Shown piece after piece: positions 33,165 through 40,510 of a stretch of 64,000 nt of DNA. Position 1 is the first letter of the stretch; each line of letters opens with the position of its first letter. The translations under genes were made by a program, and so were the position numbers. Source of the stretch: Polyangiaceae bacterium (GTDB lineage: Bacteria; Myxococcota_A; Polyangia; Polyangiales; Polyangiaceae); contig JBGANF010000025.1 in the NCBI GenBank assembly GCA_044222475.1, positions 13,773-77,772 of the forward strand, read 5' to 3'. The notes under the pieces are model-generated. The model had not been told where the DNA came from. It saw nothing but the letters and a program-made list of their open reading frames with translations, and made no database searches.

Positions 33165-34196
33165 TCAGCCCGCGTAGCGCTGCCGGATGTTCGGCAGCAG
33201 GTACTCGTTCACGGCGCGCGTCAGATCGAACTTGGGCGCGAAGCCCCAGTCGGCCCGCGCGCGTGCGTCGTTCACGTCCTCGGGCCACGAGTCCACGATG
33301 CCCTGGCGCCTCACGTCGGGGGCGAAGCGGATCTCGGCCTTGGGGAACGCCTTGCGGACGAGGACCGCGAACTCCTCCGCGCTCGGGTTGAACGCGGCGA
33401 TGTTGTAGACGTGGGTCGAGAGCTTCTCGCGCGGCGCGTCCATGAGTCCGAGCAGCGCGTCGATCCCGTCGGGCATGGCCATGAACGGGATGCGCGTGTC
33501 GGGGCGGACGAAGCACTCGTACGGGTGGCCTTGCGCCGCAGCGTGCAGCATCTCGGGCAGGTAATCGCTCGTGCCGCCGCTCGGCACGGTGAACGCGCTG
33601 ATGAGGCCGGGGAATCGGATGCTGCGAAAATCGACGCCCCGCTGCTTCGCCGCGTCTTCGCCTTGGGCGAGCTGCCGATAGTGCTTCGCGAAGTAGCGAC
33701 CGAGGTGCTCGCAGTAGAGCTTGTTGCAGCCGTACATCGTCGAGGGCTCGAGGTGCGCCTCTTCACTGACGCGCCCGGCTTTCTTCTTCGCGTCGAGCGA
33801 GTCGATGCCGTAGGCCGCGATCGAGCTCGGGAAGAGGAACTTCACCGGCGTGCCGTGCCAGCGCGCTTGCTCGGTCGCGAGCTTGAGGAGGTTCAGCGTC
33901 CCGGTGACGTTGACCTCGTGCGCGGTCTCGGGCGTGAACTCGCTGCGCGTCGAGAGGAGCGCCGCGAGGTGGAAGATCGCGTGGATCTCGTACTCGCTCA
34001 CGAGCCTCTCGAGCAGGCGCTTGTCGAGGATGTCGCCGGCGATGGTCGCGCGGCACATCCCGGCGAGATCGCCTTCGAGCTTCTTGATGTCGAGCGCGAG
34101 GACGTCGAAGTGCTCGCGCTTGGAGAGCGCATGGATGAGGCCGTGGCCCATCTCGCCACTCGCCCCGGTGATGAGGACGACGGGTTTTCGTACCAA
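33165..34196 (-). CDS. SDR-type L-threonine 3-dehydrogenase / NAD-dependent epimerase
   Basis: LITGASGEMG, HLAALLS, PSSIAAYG, YGCNK, PSGGTSDY and RQGIVDSWP. Confidence 0.8.
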   Translation of the reverse strand: MVRKPVVLITGASGEMGHGLIHALSKREHFDVLALDIKKLEGDLAGMCRATIAGDILDKRLLERLVSEYEIHAIFHLAALLSTRSEFTPETAHEVNVTGTLNLLKLATEQARWHGTPVKFLFPSSIAAYGIDSLDAKKKAGRVSEEAHLEPSTMYGCNKLYCEHLGRYFAKHYRQLAQGEDAAKQRGVDFRSIRFPGLISAFTVPSGGTSDYLPEMLHAAAQGHPYECFVRPDTRIPFMAMPDGIDALLGLMDAPREKLSTHVYNIAAFNPSAEEFAVLVRKAFPKAEIRFAPDVRRQGIVDSWPEDVNDARARADWGFAPKFDLTRAVNEYLLPNIRQRYAG

Positions 34197-34209
34197 AGTG
34201 GGCGAGATG

Positions 34210-35136
34210 CTAATCCAAAGCCGCCGCGATCACGTCGCGAATCGAGTGGAGGGAGCGCACTCCGAAGAGCGCCACCTTGGGCGCGGTGAAAACCGCGTCG
34301 ACGATGGCATCGAGGTCTTGGCGCGACGCGTCACGGAGCCGCTCCTCCAGGGCGCCGATGGCGTCGGTCGACGCCATGAGCTCCCCACCGACGCGGAGCA
34401 TCCCGGCGCGATCACGGCCGGCGCAGAGCGGACCGATCGACTCGTCGAGCGACGCGTCCCACGGCGGCTCGTCTAGAACGGGGGACGGCGGCGGCGGCAC
34501 GCGATCGGGCAGCGACACCGCCTCGAGGCCGTGGCGCTCCGCGAGCTCGGCGAGGAGCGCGTCGCGCAGCGCGTCGGCGGTGACCGGCGATTTGGCGACC
34601 TCGGTGAGTACGATCGGCTCTTTACCAAGATGGGACGACCGAACGCCGCTCGCGAACGTGCGACGCGCCGCGACGAACACCTCGACGACGGTCCGCTCGG
34701 TGTCGCGCAGGTGAGCGAACGACACGTGCGCGGCCGGGCGATGCGAGATGCTGATCCAGTCACGCCCGAAGTAGTGCGCGGGCGCTGCGACCTTGGTCAG
34801 CGCGGCGAGGAACGGGCGGACGTAGCGGTTCAAGATCTGGTCTTCGTTCGCGGCGACCAGCGCCGACGGGGTCTCGAGCGCGAGGACGCATTGGATGATG
34901 CCGTCACCCGAGCGCACCGAGCCGCCGCCGGTGGCGCGGCGCGCGAGCGGCAGGTCCGTACGCGCGTCGCCGCGGCGCTGGAACGCACCAAGGAGCTCGC
35001 CATCATCGACGAGGTCCGACACCGAGAGCTCGACCGGGTGCACGAGCGGACGCGACATCGCGTCGTGCGATGCGCTCGCCGCCGCGACGAGCGTGCCGTC
35101 GTGCGGGGCGAGAACTCCGAGCGAACCGGTGGGCAT
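34210..35136 (-). CDS. Lipoate-protein ligase A-like protein
   Basis: LGAFQ and RRATGGGSV motifs. Confidence 0.6.
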   Translation of the reverse strand: MPTGSLGVLAPHDGTLVAAASASHDAMSRPLVHPVELSVSDLVDDGELLGAFQRRGDARTDLPLARRATGGGSVRSGDGIIQCVLALETPSALVAANEDQILNRYVRPFLAALTKVAAPAHYFGRDWISISHRPAAHVSFAHLRDTERTVVEVFVAARRTFASGVRSSHLGKEPIVLTEVAKSPVTADALRDALLAELAERHGLEAVSLPDRVPPPPSPVLDEPPWDASLDESIGPLCAGRDRAGMLRVGGELMASTDAIGALEERLRDASRQDLDAIVDAVFTAPKVALFGVRSLHSIRDVIAAALD

Positions 35137-35156
35137 CTCGTGGCATGGTACTCCCC

Positions 35157-35411
35157 ATGACGGTCCACCGCGAAGAAGGACGTTTCACCATCCGAATCGA
35201 GCTCTCCGCCGAGTTCGCGGAGGACTACGAAGGCGACGACGACGGCAACGTCTGGCTCGAGCGCTGGAAGGAGAGCGTGCGTCCCAAAGTAGTACGCGCG
35301 GTGTTCGATGCCTTGCGGTCGGATTCGAGCTTCGAAGCGATCCCGACCTCGCGCGGCGCCTCGCCGGACGAGAACGTCGAGATCGCGGTCCGGCTTCGCA
35401 AGCGCGCGTGA
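35157..35411 (+). CDS. Small hypothetical protein
   Basis: MTVHREEGRFTIRIELSAEF...; normal codon bias; fills the gap between genes. Confidence 0.6.
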   Translation: MTVHREEGRFTIRIELSAEFAEDYEGDDDGNVWLERWKESVRPKVVRAVFDALRSDSSFEAIPTSRGASPDENVEIAVRLRKRA

Positions 35412-35430
35412 ACGCGGTAGGGTTTCGCGC

Positions 35431-36267
35431 ATGAAGCGAACCGCCTCTTGCGTGGCCTTTGCCTCGACGCTCGCTGCTTCCATGCTCTTCGCCACGGCCG
35501 CTTCGGCCGACGCGCCTCAGTGGGTGGAGCGACGCACCGTCCCCGACGCGAAGGTCGCGGGCAGCGTCGATCTCGGTTTTGGTCTCGGATCGCGCGTGCT
35601 TCGCGTGGCCGGCAACGACTTCCGCTACACCGGACTGGGCTGGAACTTCGAGGGTGCCGTCTCGTTCCTCCGCCGCATCGAGATCGGCCTTCGCTTTGGC
35701 GTTCGCGCCCCGGCCGACGGTCGGGTCGCGCAAGCGGACACGTTCGCCCGGCCCTTCGACCGCAACATCCCGTACGAGTACAGCACCGGCGGGGACATCA
35801 TGGCGAACCCCGAGCTCCGCGTGCGCGGCAAGCTCGTCGACACCGGTGGGTTCGAGCTCGCGCTCGAAGGTCGGCTCTACGCACCGATCGCCCGGGGGAC
35901 CGCCTTCAGCCACTACTTCGGCGTACCGATGGCGTTCCACGCCGGCATCTTCCGCGCCGACATCCAGCCCGGCATCAACCTGGGCTTCTACAACCCGCTC
36001 GTCTTCGTGTTCTCGGTCCCGGTGAACCTCTGGTTCCAGGTCACGAACAAGGTCTTCCTCGGTCCGCTCACCGGCATTCGCGTCTACGACCGCGACTACT
36101 GGGGCGGCAACGGCGGCCAGATCGATCTGATGCTCGGCTTCGGGCTCGGTGTGAGCTTCACGCCGTGGTTCGATCTGAAGACGCAGATCCTCTTCGAGCG
36201 CCTCAACGCCGGAGCGGACTGGTTCGGCGCGGGTGTGGCGGCCGGGTTCAACTTCGGTCCGGGCTGA
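35431..36267 (+). CDS. Secreted, probable outer-membrane beta-barrel protein
   Basis: Signal peptide (ASA-D); alternating aromatic/Gly strands. Confidence 0.65.
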   Translation: MKRTASCVAFASTLAASMLFATAASADAPQWVERRTVPDAKVAGSVDLGFGLGSRVLRVAGNDFRYTGLGWNFEGAVSFLRRIEIGLRFGVRAPADGRVAQADTFARPFDRNIPYEYSTGGDIMANPELRVRGKLVDTGGFELALEGRLYAPIARGTAFSHYFGVPMAFHAGIFRADIQPGINLGFYNPLVFVFSVPVNLWFQVTNKVFLGPLTGIRVYDRDYWGGNGGQIDLMLGFGLGVSFTPWFDLKTQILFERLNAGADWFGAGVAAGFNFGPG

Positions 36268-36889
36268 CGAACGCAGCGACCGCGTCGCACGCGAGGGCTC
36301 GCACCGACTCTTCGGTGAGGCCCGTTCGCTTCGGCACGTCGAAGGAGTGGTCGCCCTCGGGGATGACGACGAGAGTCGCCCCCAGCTTCTTCACGAGGGG
36401 ACGCATCTCGGCTTTCGTCCCAAAAGGGTCACGCTCGCCCTGGACGAAGAGCATCGGCACCGTGATCGCGGACAAGTGCGCGTCTCGACGTTTCTCCGGT
36501 TTTCCCGGCGGGTGGAGCGGATAGCCGAAGAAAAAGAGCCCGTCGCACGCGTCGCCCTGAGCGGCGAGGTGCGACGCGATCCGGCCGCCCATGCTCTTGC
36601 CGCCGAGGAAGAGCCGACCCAGCGGGTGCTTCTTGCGCGCTGCCGCGATCGCCGCGCGAAACGCGGCCTCGAGGGCGGGCGCTCGATCGGGGACCTTCTT
36701 CTTGGCGCGCACGTAGTCGAAGTCGAACGTGACGACGTTCATCCCGCGCGCCGCGAGCGCAGCCGCGTACGCCTTCATCCAAGGGTGGCTCGACCCGGCG
36801 CCCGCGCCGTGGGCGAGCACGAGCACTGGCGCATCGCCTCTGCCGGTGCTCGCCTCACGAACGTGGATCGTGACGCGCGCGACCATCAC
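36248..36889 (-). CDS. Alpha/beta hydrolase (KANL3/Tex30-like)
   Basis: HGAGA, GKSMGGR, GYPLHPPGK, QGERDPFG and GDHS. Confidence 0.85.
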   Translation of the reverse strand: MMVARVTIHVREASTGRGDAPVLVLAHGAGAGSSHPWMKAYAAALAARGMNVVTFDFDYVRAKKKVPDRAPALEAAFRAAIAAARKKHPLGRLFLGGKSMGGRIASHLAAQGDACDGLFFFGYPLHPPGKPEKRRDAHLSAITVPMLFVQGERDPFGTKAEMRPLVKKLGATLVVIPEGDHSFDVPKRTGLTEESVRALACDAVAAFVSPDRS

Positions 36890-36898
36890 GGCATCGTG

Positions 36899-37072
36899 TC
36901 ACGAATCGGTGCCAGTCGGCGCGCGGCGAACGTTGCGCTCCTCGGGGAGGCGCACGCCGCTCTCGGCCGCGGGCGGCTGCGCCTGCGGCTTCGCGGAGGG
37001 CGAGGCGTCCTCCGCCGATGTGAGCGGCTCCGGAACGGGAAGCTCGAAGAACGCAAATGCGAAGCGCTTCAT
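36899..37072 (-). CDS. Possible small protein (57 aa)
   Basis: GAGGAG RBS upstream of the ATG, immediately after the fasciclin stop. Confidence 0.35.
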   Translation of the reverse strand: MKRFAFAFFELPVPEPLTSAEDASPSAKPQAQPPAAESGVRLPEERNVRRAPTGTDS

Positions 37073-37082
37073 CGTTCTCTCC

Positions 37083-38042
37083 TCAGGGCATGAGCACGGT
37101 GTCGATGACGTGGATGACGCCATTCGAGCACTCGATGTCGGCCGTGACGACCTTCGACTTGTCGATGACGACACCGCTCTTGTCGGCGGTGATCTTCACT
37201 TCCTTGCCGTTGACCGTCTTCGCGGTCTTGAGCTTGACCACGTCCGCTGCCATCACCTTGCCGCTGACGACGTGGTACTTGAGCACCGCCGCGAGCTTGT
37301 TCTTGTCCGCGGCGAGCGCGTCGAGGGTCTTCTTGTCGATCTTGGCGAACGCCTCGTCGGTCGGAGCGAAGATCGTGAACGGACCAGGGCCCTTGAGCGT
37401 GTCCGCGAGCCCAGCGTCGACGACGAGCTTGGCGAGCGTCTTGAAGTTGCCCGCCTTCTCCGCGGTGCCGAGGAGGTCGAGCTTGGCCGGTGCGGCGGCG
37501 GCGCCCTTGTCATCGGGCATGAGCACGGTGTCGATGACGTGGATGACGCCGTTCGAGCACTCGATGTCGGTCGAGAGAACCTTGGCGTTCCCGATCTGGA
37601 CGCCGTCGGCCGACGCCTTGACGGCGAAGGTCCCGTTGAGCGTCGTCGCCGAGGTCATCTTGGTGACGTCGGCCGCCATCACCTTGCCGCCGACGACGTG
37701 GGCCTTGAGGATCGCACCGAGCGCCGCCTTGTCCTTCAGGAGCGCGTCTAGCTTGTCTTGGGGGATCTTGGCGAACGCGTCGTCGGTCGGGGCGAAGACC
37801 GTGAACGGGCCCGTGCCCTTCAAGGTGTCGACGAGGCCTGCGGCCTGCAGCGCTGCGGCGAGCTTGGTGAACTTGCCCGCGGCGACGGCGGTGTCGACGA
37901 TGTCTTTCTTTGCCGTCGCGCCGGTGGTTTCCGCCGTGTCGGTGCCCGCGGGGGTCTTGGCCACCGTCTGGGAGTCCCCGCCGCCACAGGCAGCGAGAGG
38001 GATGGCGATTGCGAAGAGCGCTACGGAAATGGACGGCTTCAT
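37083..38042 (-). CDS. Tandem fasciclin (2 x FAS1) lipoprotein
   Basis: Lipobox LAAC; two copies of GPFT.FAPTD.AF...[18 protein letters not shown]. Confidence 0.95.
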   Translation of the reverse strand: MKPSISVALFAIAIPLAACGGGDSQTVAKTPAGTDTAETTGATAKKDIVDTAVAAGKFTKLAAALQAAGLVDTLKGTGPFTVFAPTDDAFAKIPQDKLDALLKDKAALGAILKAHVVGGKVMAADVTKMTSATTLNGTFAVKASADGVQIGNAKVLSTDIECSNGVIHVIDTVLMPDDKGAAAAPAKLDLLGTAEKAGNFKTLAKLVVDAGLADTLKGPGPFTIFAPTDEAFAKIDKKTLDALAADKNKLAAVLKYHVVSGKVMAADVVKLKTAKTVNGKEVKITADKSGVVIDKSKVVTADIECSNGVIHVIDTVLMP

Positions 38043-38158
38043 TGTTCGACCTCGTTGTGGAGTGCACGAACAGATGCCCCCCCTCGAGCGGGGGTTTCCG
38101 ACGTGAACGATTCAGTTCGGAATGCACTCGACGCGACCCAACGCCGAGATGCGGGAAA

Positions 38159-38270
38159 GGACACGGACACGGAAGCGGACACGGACACGGAAGCGGAAGC
38201 GGACACGGCAGCCGAAGCGGAAGCCGAAGCGGAAGCGGAAGCGGAAGCGGTGCCGGAAGCGGAAGCGGAA
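38159..38270 (+). repeat. Degenerate hexamer array (GCGGAA/ACGGAC)n, about 19 units
   Basis: ggacacggacacggaagcgg...gaagcggaagcggaa. Confidence 0.9.
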
Positions 38271-38275
38271 ACAGA

Positions 38276-38295
38276 GGGGCCGCTTGCGCGGCCCC
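38276..38295. terminator. GC hairpin just downstream of the four-helix-bundle gene
   Basis: ggggccgc-ttgc-gcggcccc. Confidence 0.45.
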
Positions 38296-38304
38296 CGCTT
38301 GGTT

Positions 38305-38619
38305 TCAGCGACTGAGGCAGTAGAGCGTCGCCGCGATCCGATCGAGCGCTCCTAGCGCCGCGCCATCGCGTTCGACGTAGCCCCAGGCGGCTGCGAGCTC
38401 CAGGGCTGCCATCGCTTCCTTGGTGGAGCCGAAGGCGCCCCGGAAGCGCAGCCGCGAGTTGCCGTTCCGGGGCCCTGAGCCTTCCGCGATGTTGAGGACG
38501 ATGCTGGACGCCGCGCGTCGAAGCTGACGCCCCAGGTCCGGATCCTGCGCAGTGATCTCCCTCACCGCAGGAGCCAACGACTTCACGGTTTCGAGAGCAA
38601 ACGTTTGAACCTTGAGCAT
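38305..38619 (-). CDS. Four-helix-bundle protein (23S rRNA IVP / Avd-like family)
   Basis: DLGRQLRRAASSIVLNIAEG...R..F..AFGSTKE family signature; AAGGAG RBS before the ATG at 38619. Confidence 0.9.
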   Translation of the reverse strand: MLKVQTFALETVKSLAPAVREITAQDPDLGRQLRRAASSIVLNIAEGSGPRNGNSRLRFRGAFGSTKEAMAALELAAAWGYVERDGAALGALDRIAATLYCLSR

Positions 38620-38846
38620 GGTGTTCTCCTTGCCCCCGCGCCGATGAGCGAAGGCCCGTTCGCCGCGCCATCGCGCGGAGGCGCTGTCAAGGCTGGCGCG
38701 CTCCTGCGCGCCACCGCCGAAGGCGGCTTGGCCTTGATAGCGCCGAGCAAGAACAGATGAAGCGGCTGGCCTCGCTCGCGACGAGGTCCTCAAAATGAGG
38801 CCTCAACTGGAAACGCGCTCGATGGCGCAAACGAAGGAGGCCAGCC

Positions 38847-39878
38847 GTGGAACATGTTGCGATCGATCTAGGTGGCCGGGAATCGCAAATCTGCGTGCGC
38901 CGCGAAGACGGCACGATTCGCTTGGAAACAAGATGCCGCACGACAGATCTGGCGAAGTTTTTTGCGACCACGCCGACGAGCCGCGTCATCGTCGAGACGT
39001 GCGCCGAAGCATTTCACGTTGCCGACGCAGCGCGCCTGGCGGGACACGACGTCCGGGTGGTACCTGCAACGATCGTTCGCTCGCTCGGCGTTGGATCACG
39101 TCGGACAAAGACGGACAAGCGGGACGCACAGGTGTTGAGCGAGGTCTCTGCGCGCATCGACCTCGGTGGCGTTCACATTCCACGCGGAGAGTCACGAGAA
39201 TCGAAGGCCATGTGCGGCGCATATGCCGCGCTCGTGCGCGCGCGTACCAAGTTGATCAACTCCGTACGTGGTTGGATGCGCGGCTGGATCGTGCGCCCGA
39301 AGACGGGTGCCTCGAAAACGTTTCCGCAGCGCGTTCGGGATGCGCTCGGCGATCAAGTGCCGGTCTACATCGAGGCCCAGCTCGACGCGATCGAAATGCT
39401 GACGCTGCGTGCTCAAGAGCTGCAAGCAACGATCGCCGAGCGCGCCAAGGCCGACGAAGTTTGTCGGCGTCTGATGAGCGTTCCGGGCGTCGGTCCCATC
39501 ACGTCGGTTCTGTTCGTGGCAACGCTCGACGATGTTCGACGATTCGCAGACGCTTCGAAAGTCGCCGCGTATCTCGGGCTCACGCCTGGGGAGAACTCGA
39601 GCTCCGAACGCGTGCAGCGCACCGGCATCACGAAAGCTGGCGCGCCGAACTTGCGACGTGTGCTCGTTCAGGCCGCGCTGTCGATCAAAAGGATTCGTCG
39701 CGATCACCCGCTGGTGAAGTGGGCCGAGAGGATTCAGCTGCGACGCGGCAAACACATCGCCACCGTCGCTCTTGCGCGCAAGCTCGCAGGCATCCTCTTC
39801 GCGATCTGGCGCGACGGCACGCTCTATCACGCACCCCTTACGGCTCAAGCCATGGAGGAGTCGATGTCCGACGCATAA
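38847..39878 (+). CDS. IS110-family DEDD recombinase/transposase
   Basis: AIDLG, VET, KTDKRDA (DEDD); SVPGVG, AAYLGLTP..NSS, ITKAG and ARKLA; AAGGAGG RBS. Confidence 0.95.
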   Translation: MEHVAIDLGGRESQICVRREDGTIRLETRCRTTDLAKFFATTPTSRVIVETCAEAFHVADAARLAGHDVRVVPATIVRSLGVGSRRTKTDKRDAQVLSEVSARIDLGGVHIPRGESRESKAMCGAYAALVRARTKLINSVRGWMRGWIVRPKTGASKTFPQRVRDALGDQVPVYIEAQLDAIEMLTLRAQELQATIAERAKADEVCRRLMSVPGVGPITSVLFVATLDDVRRFADASKVAAYLGLTPGENSSSERVQRTGITKAGAPNLRRVLVQAALSIKRIRRDHPLVKWAERIQLRRGKHIATVALARKLAGILFAIWRDGTLYHAPLTAQAMEESMSDA

Positions 39879-40122
39879 CGCGCCCGACGCGTGCGTGGAC
39901 GTGGAGCTTCGACTGTCCAGAGGGGATGACCACGAGTGCCATCGTCAGCTCCCGAGCTCGTGAGCACGAATGTGGCTCCCCGACGGACTTCTTCCTATGC
40001 GGCCTAGATCGCGAATACTCGATTGGGACAGCCCGAAGAGCCACCCACGAAACCGCAAACCTCACCGCAAGAAGGATCGTGCGGGCAACGCGCGTACGCA
40101 CACCTTTGTCTTTGACTGAGGG
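39879..40122 (+). ncRNA. Putative bridge/seek RNA region of the IS1111 element
   Basis: Non-coding region downstream of the transposase containing gtgccatcgt and gagcacga, which match the two strands of the reconstructed target. Confidence 0.65.
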
Positions 40123-40230
40123 GCCGCTTCATACTCGATGGCACGATCGAACGGCCGAGCGAGGCACAGTAAGCACTGCGCGCCGGAGCGCGACGCGAGA
40201 GCCCGATGTCCCAAACTGGGACGGGAAGAC

Positions 40231-40508
40231 TCCGCTTCCGCTTCCGCTTCCGCTCGCTTCCGCTTCCGCTTCCGCTTCGCTTCGCTTCCGCTTCCGCTTC
40301 CGCTTGGGCTTCCGCTTCCGCTTCCGCTTCCGCTTCCGCTTCCGCTTCCGCTTCCGCTTCCGCTTCCGCTTCCGCTTCCGCTTCCGCTTCCGCTTCCGCT
40401 TCCGCTTCCGCTTCCGCTTCCGCCTCCGCTTCCGCTTCCGCTTCCGCTTCCGCTTCCGCTTCCGCCTCCGCTTCCGCTTCCGCTTCCGCTTCCGCTTCCG
40501 CTTCCGCT
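40231..40508 (+). repeat. Hexamer array (TTCCGC)n, about 46 units
   Basis: Nearly pure cttccg tandem, reverse complement of the 38.2 kb array. It abuts the stop codon of the 40511 gene. Confidence 0.95.
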
Positions 40509-40510
40509 CC

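Larger units (their letters stand above)
38750..40135 (+). mobile_element. IS110-family element, IS1111 group
   Basis: Sub-terminal IRs ATGAAGCGGC (38757-38766) and GCCGCTTCAT (40123-40132); TTGACT just inside the right IR; long 3' non-coding region. Ends uncertain by about 3 nt. Confidence 0.85.

Noticed and set aside
38305..38619. Diversity-generating retroelement (Avd-like gene)
   Set aside because: No reverse transcriptase and no TR/VR repeat pair seen in the window.
40231..40508. CRISPR array
   Set aside because: Pure tandem hexamers without unique spacers; no cas genes.
38100..40510. 23S rRNA intervening sequence
   Set aside because: The flanks are protein-coding genes; no rRNA sequence is recognisable.
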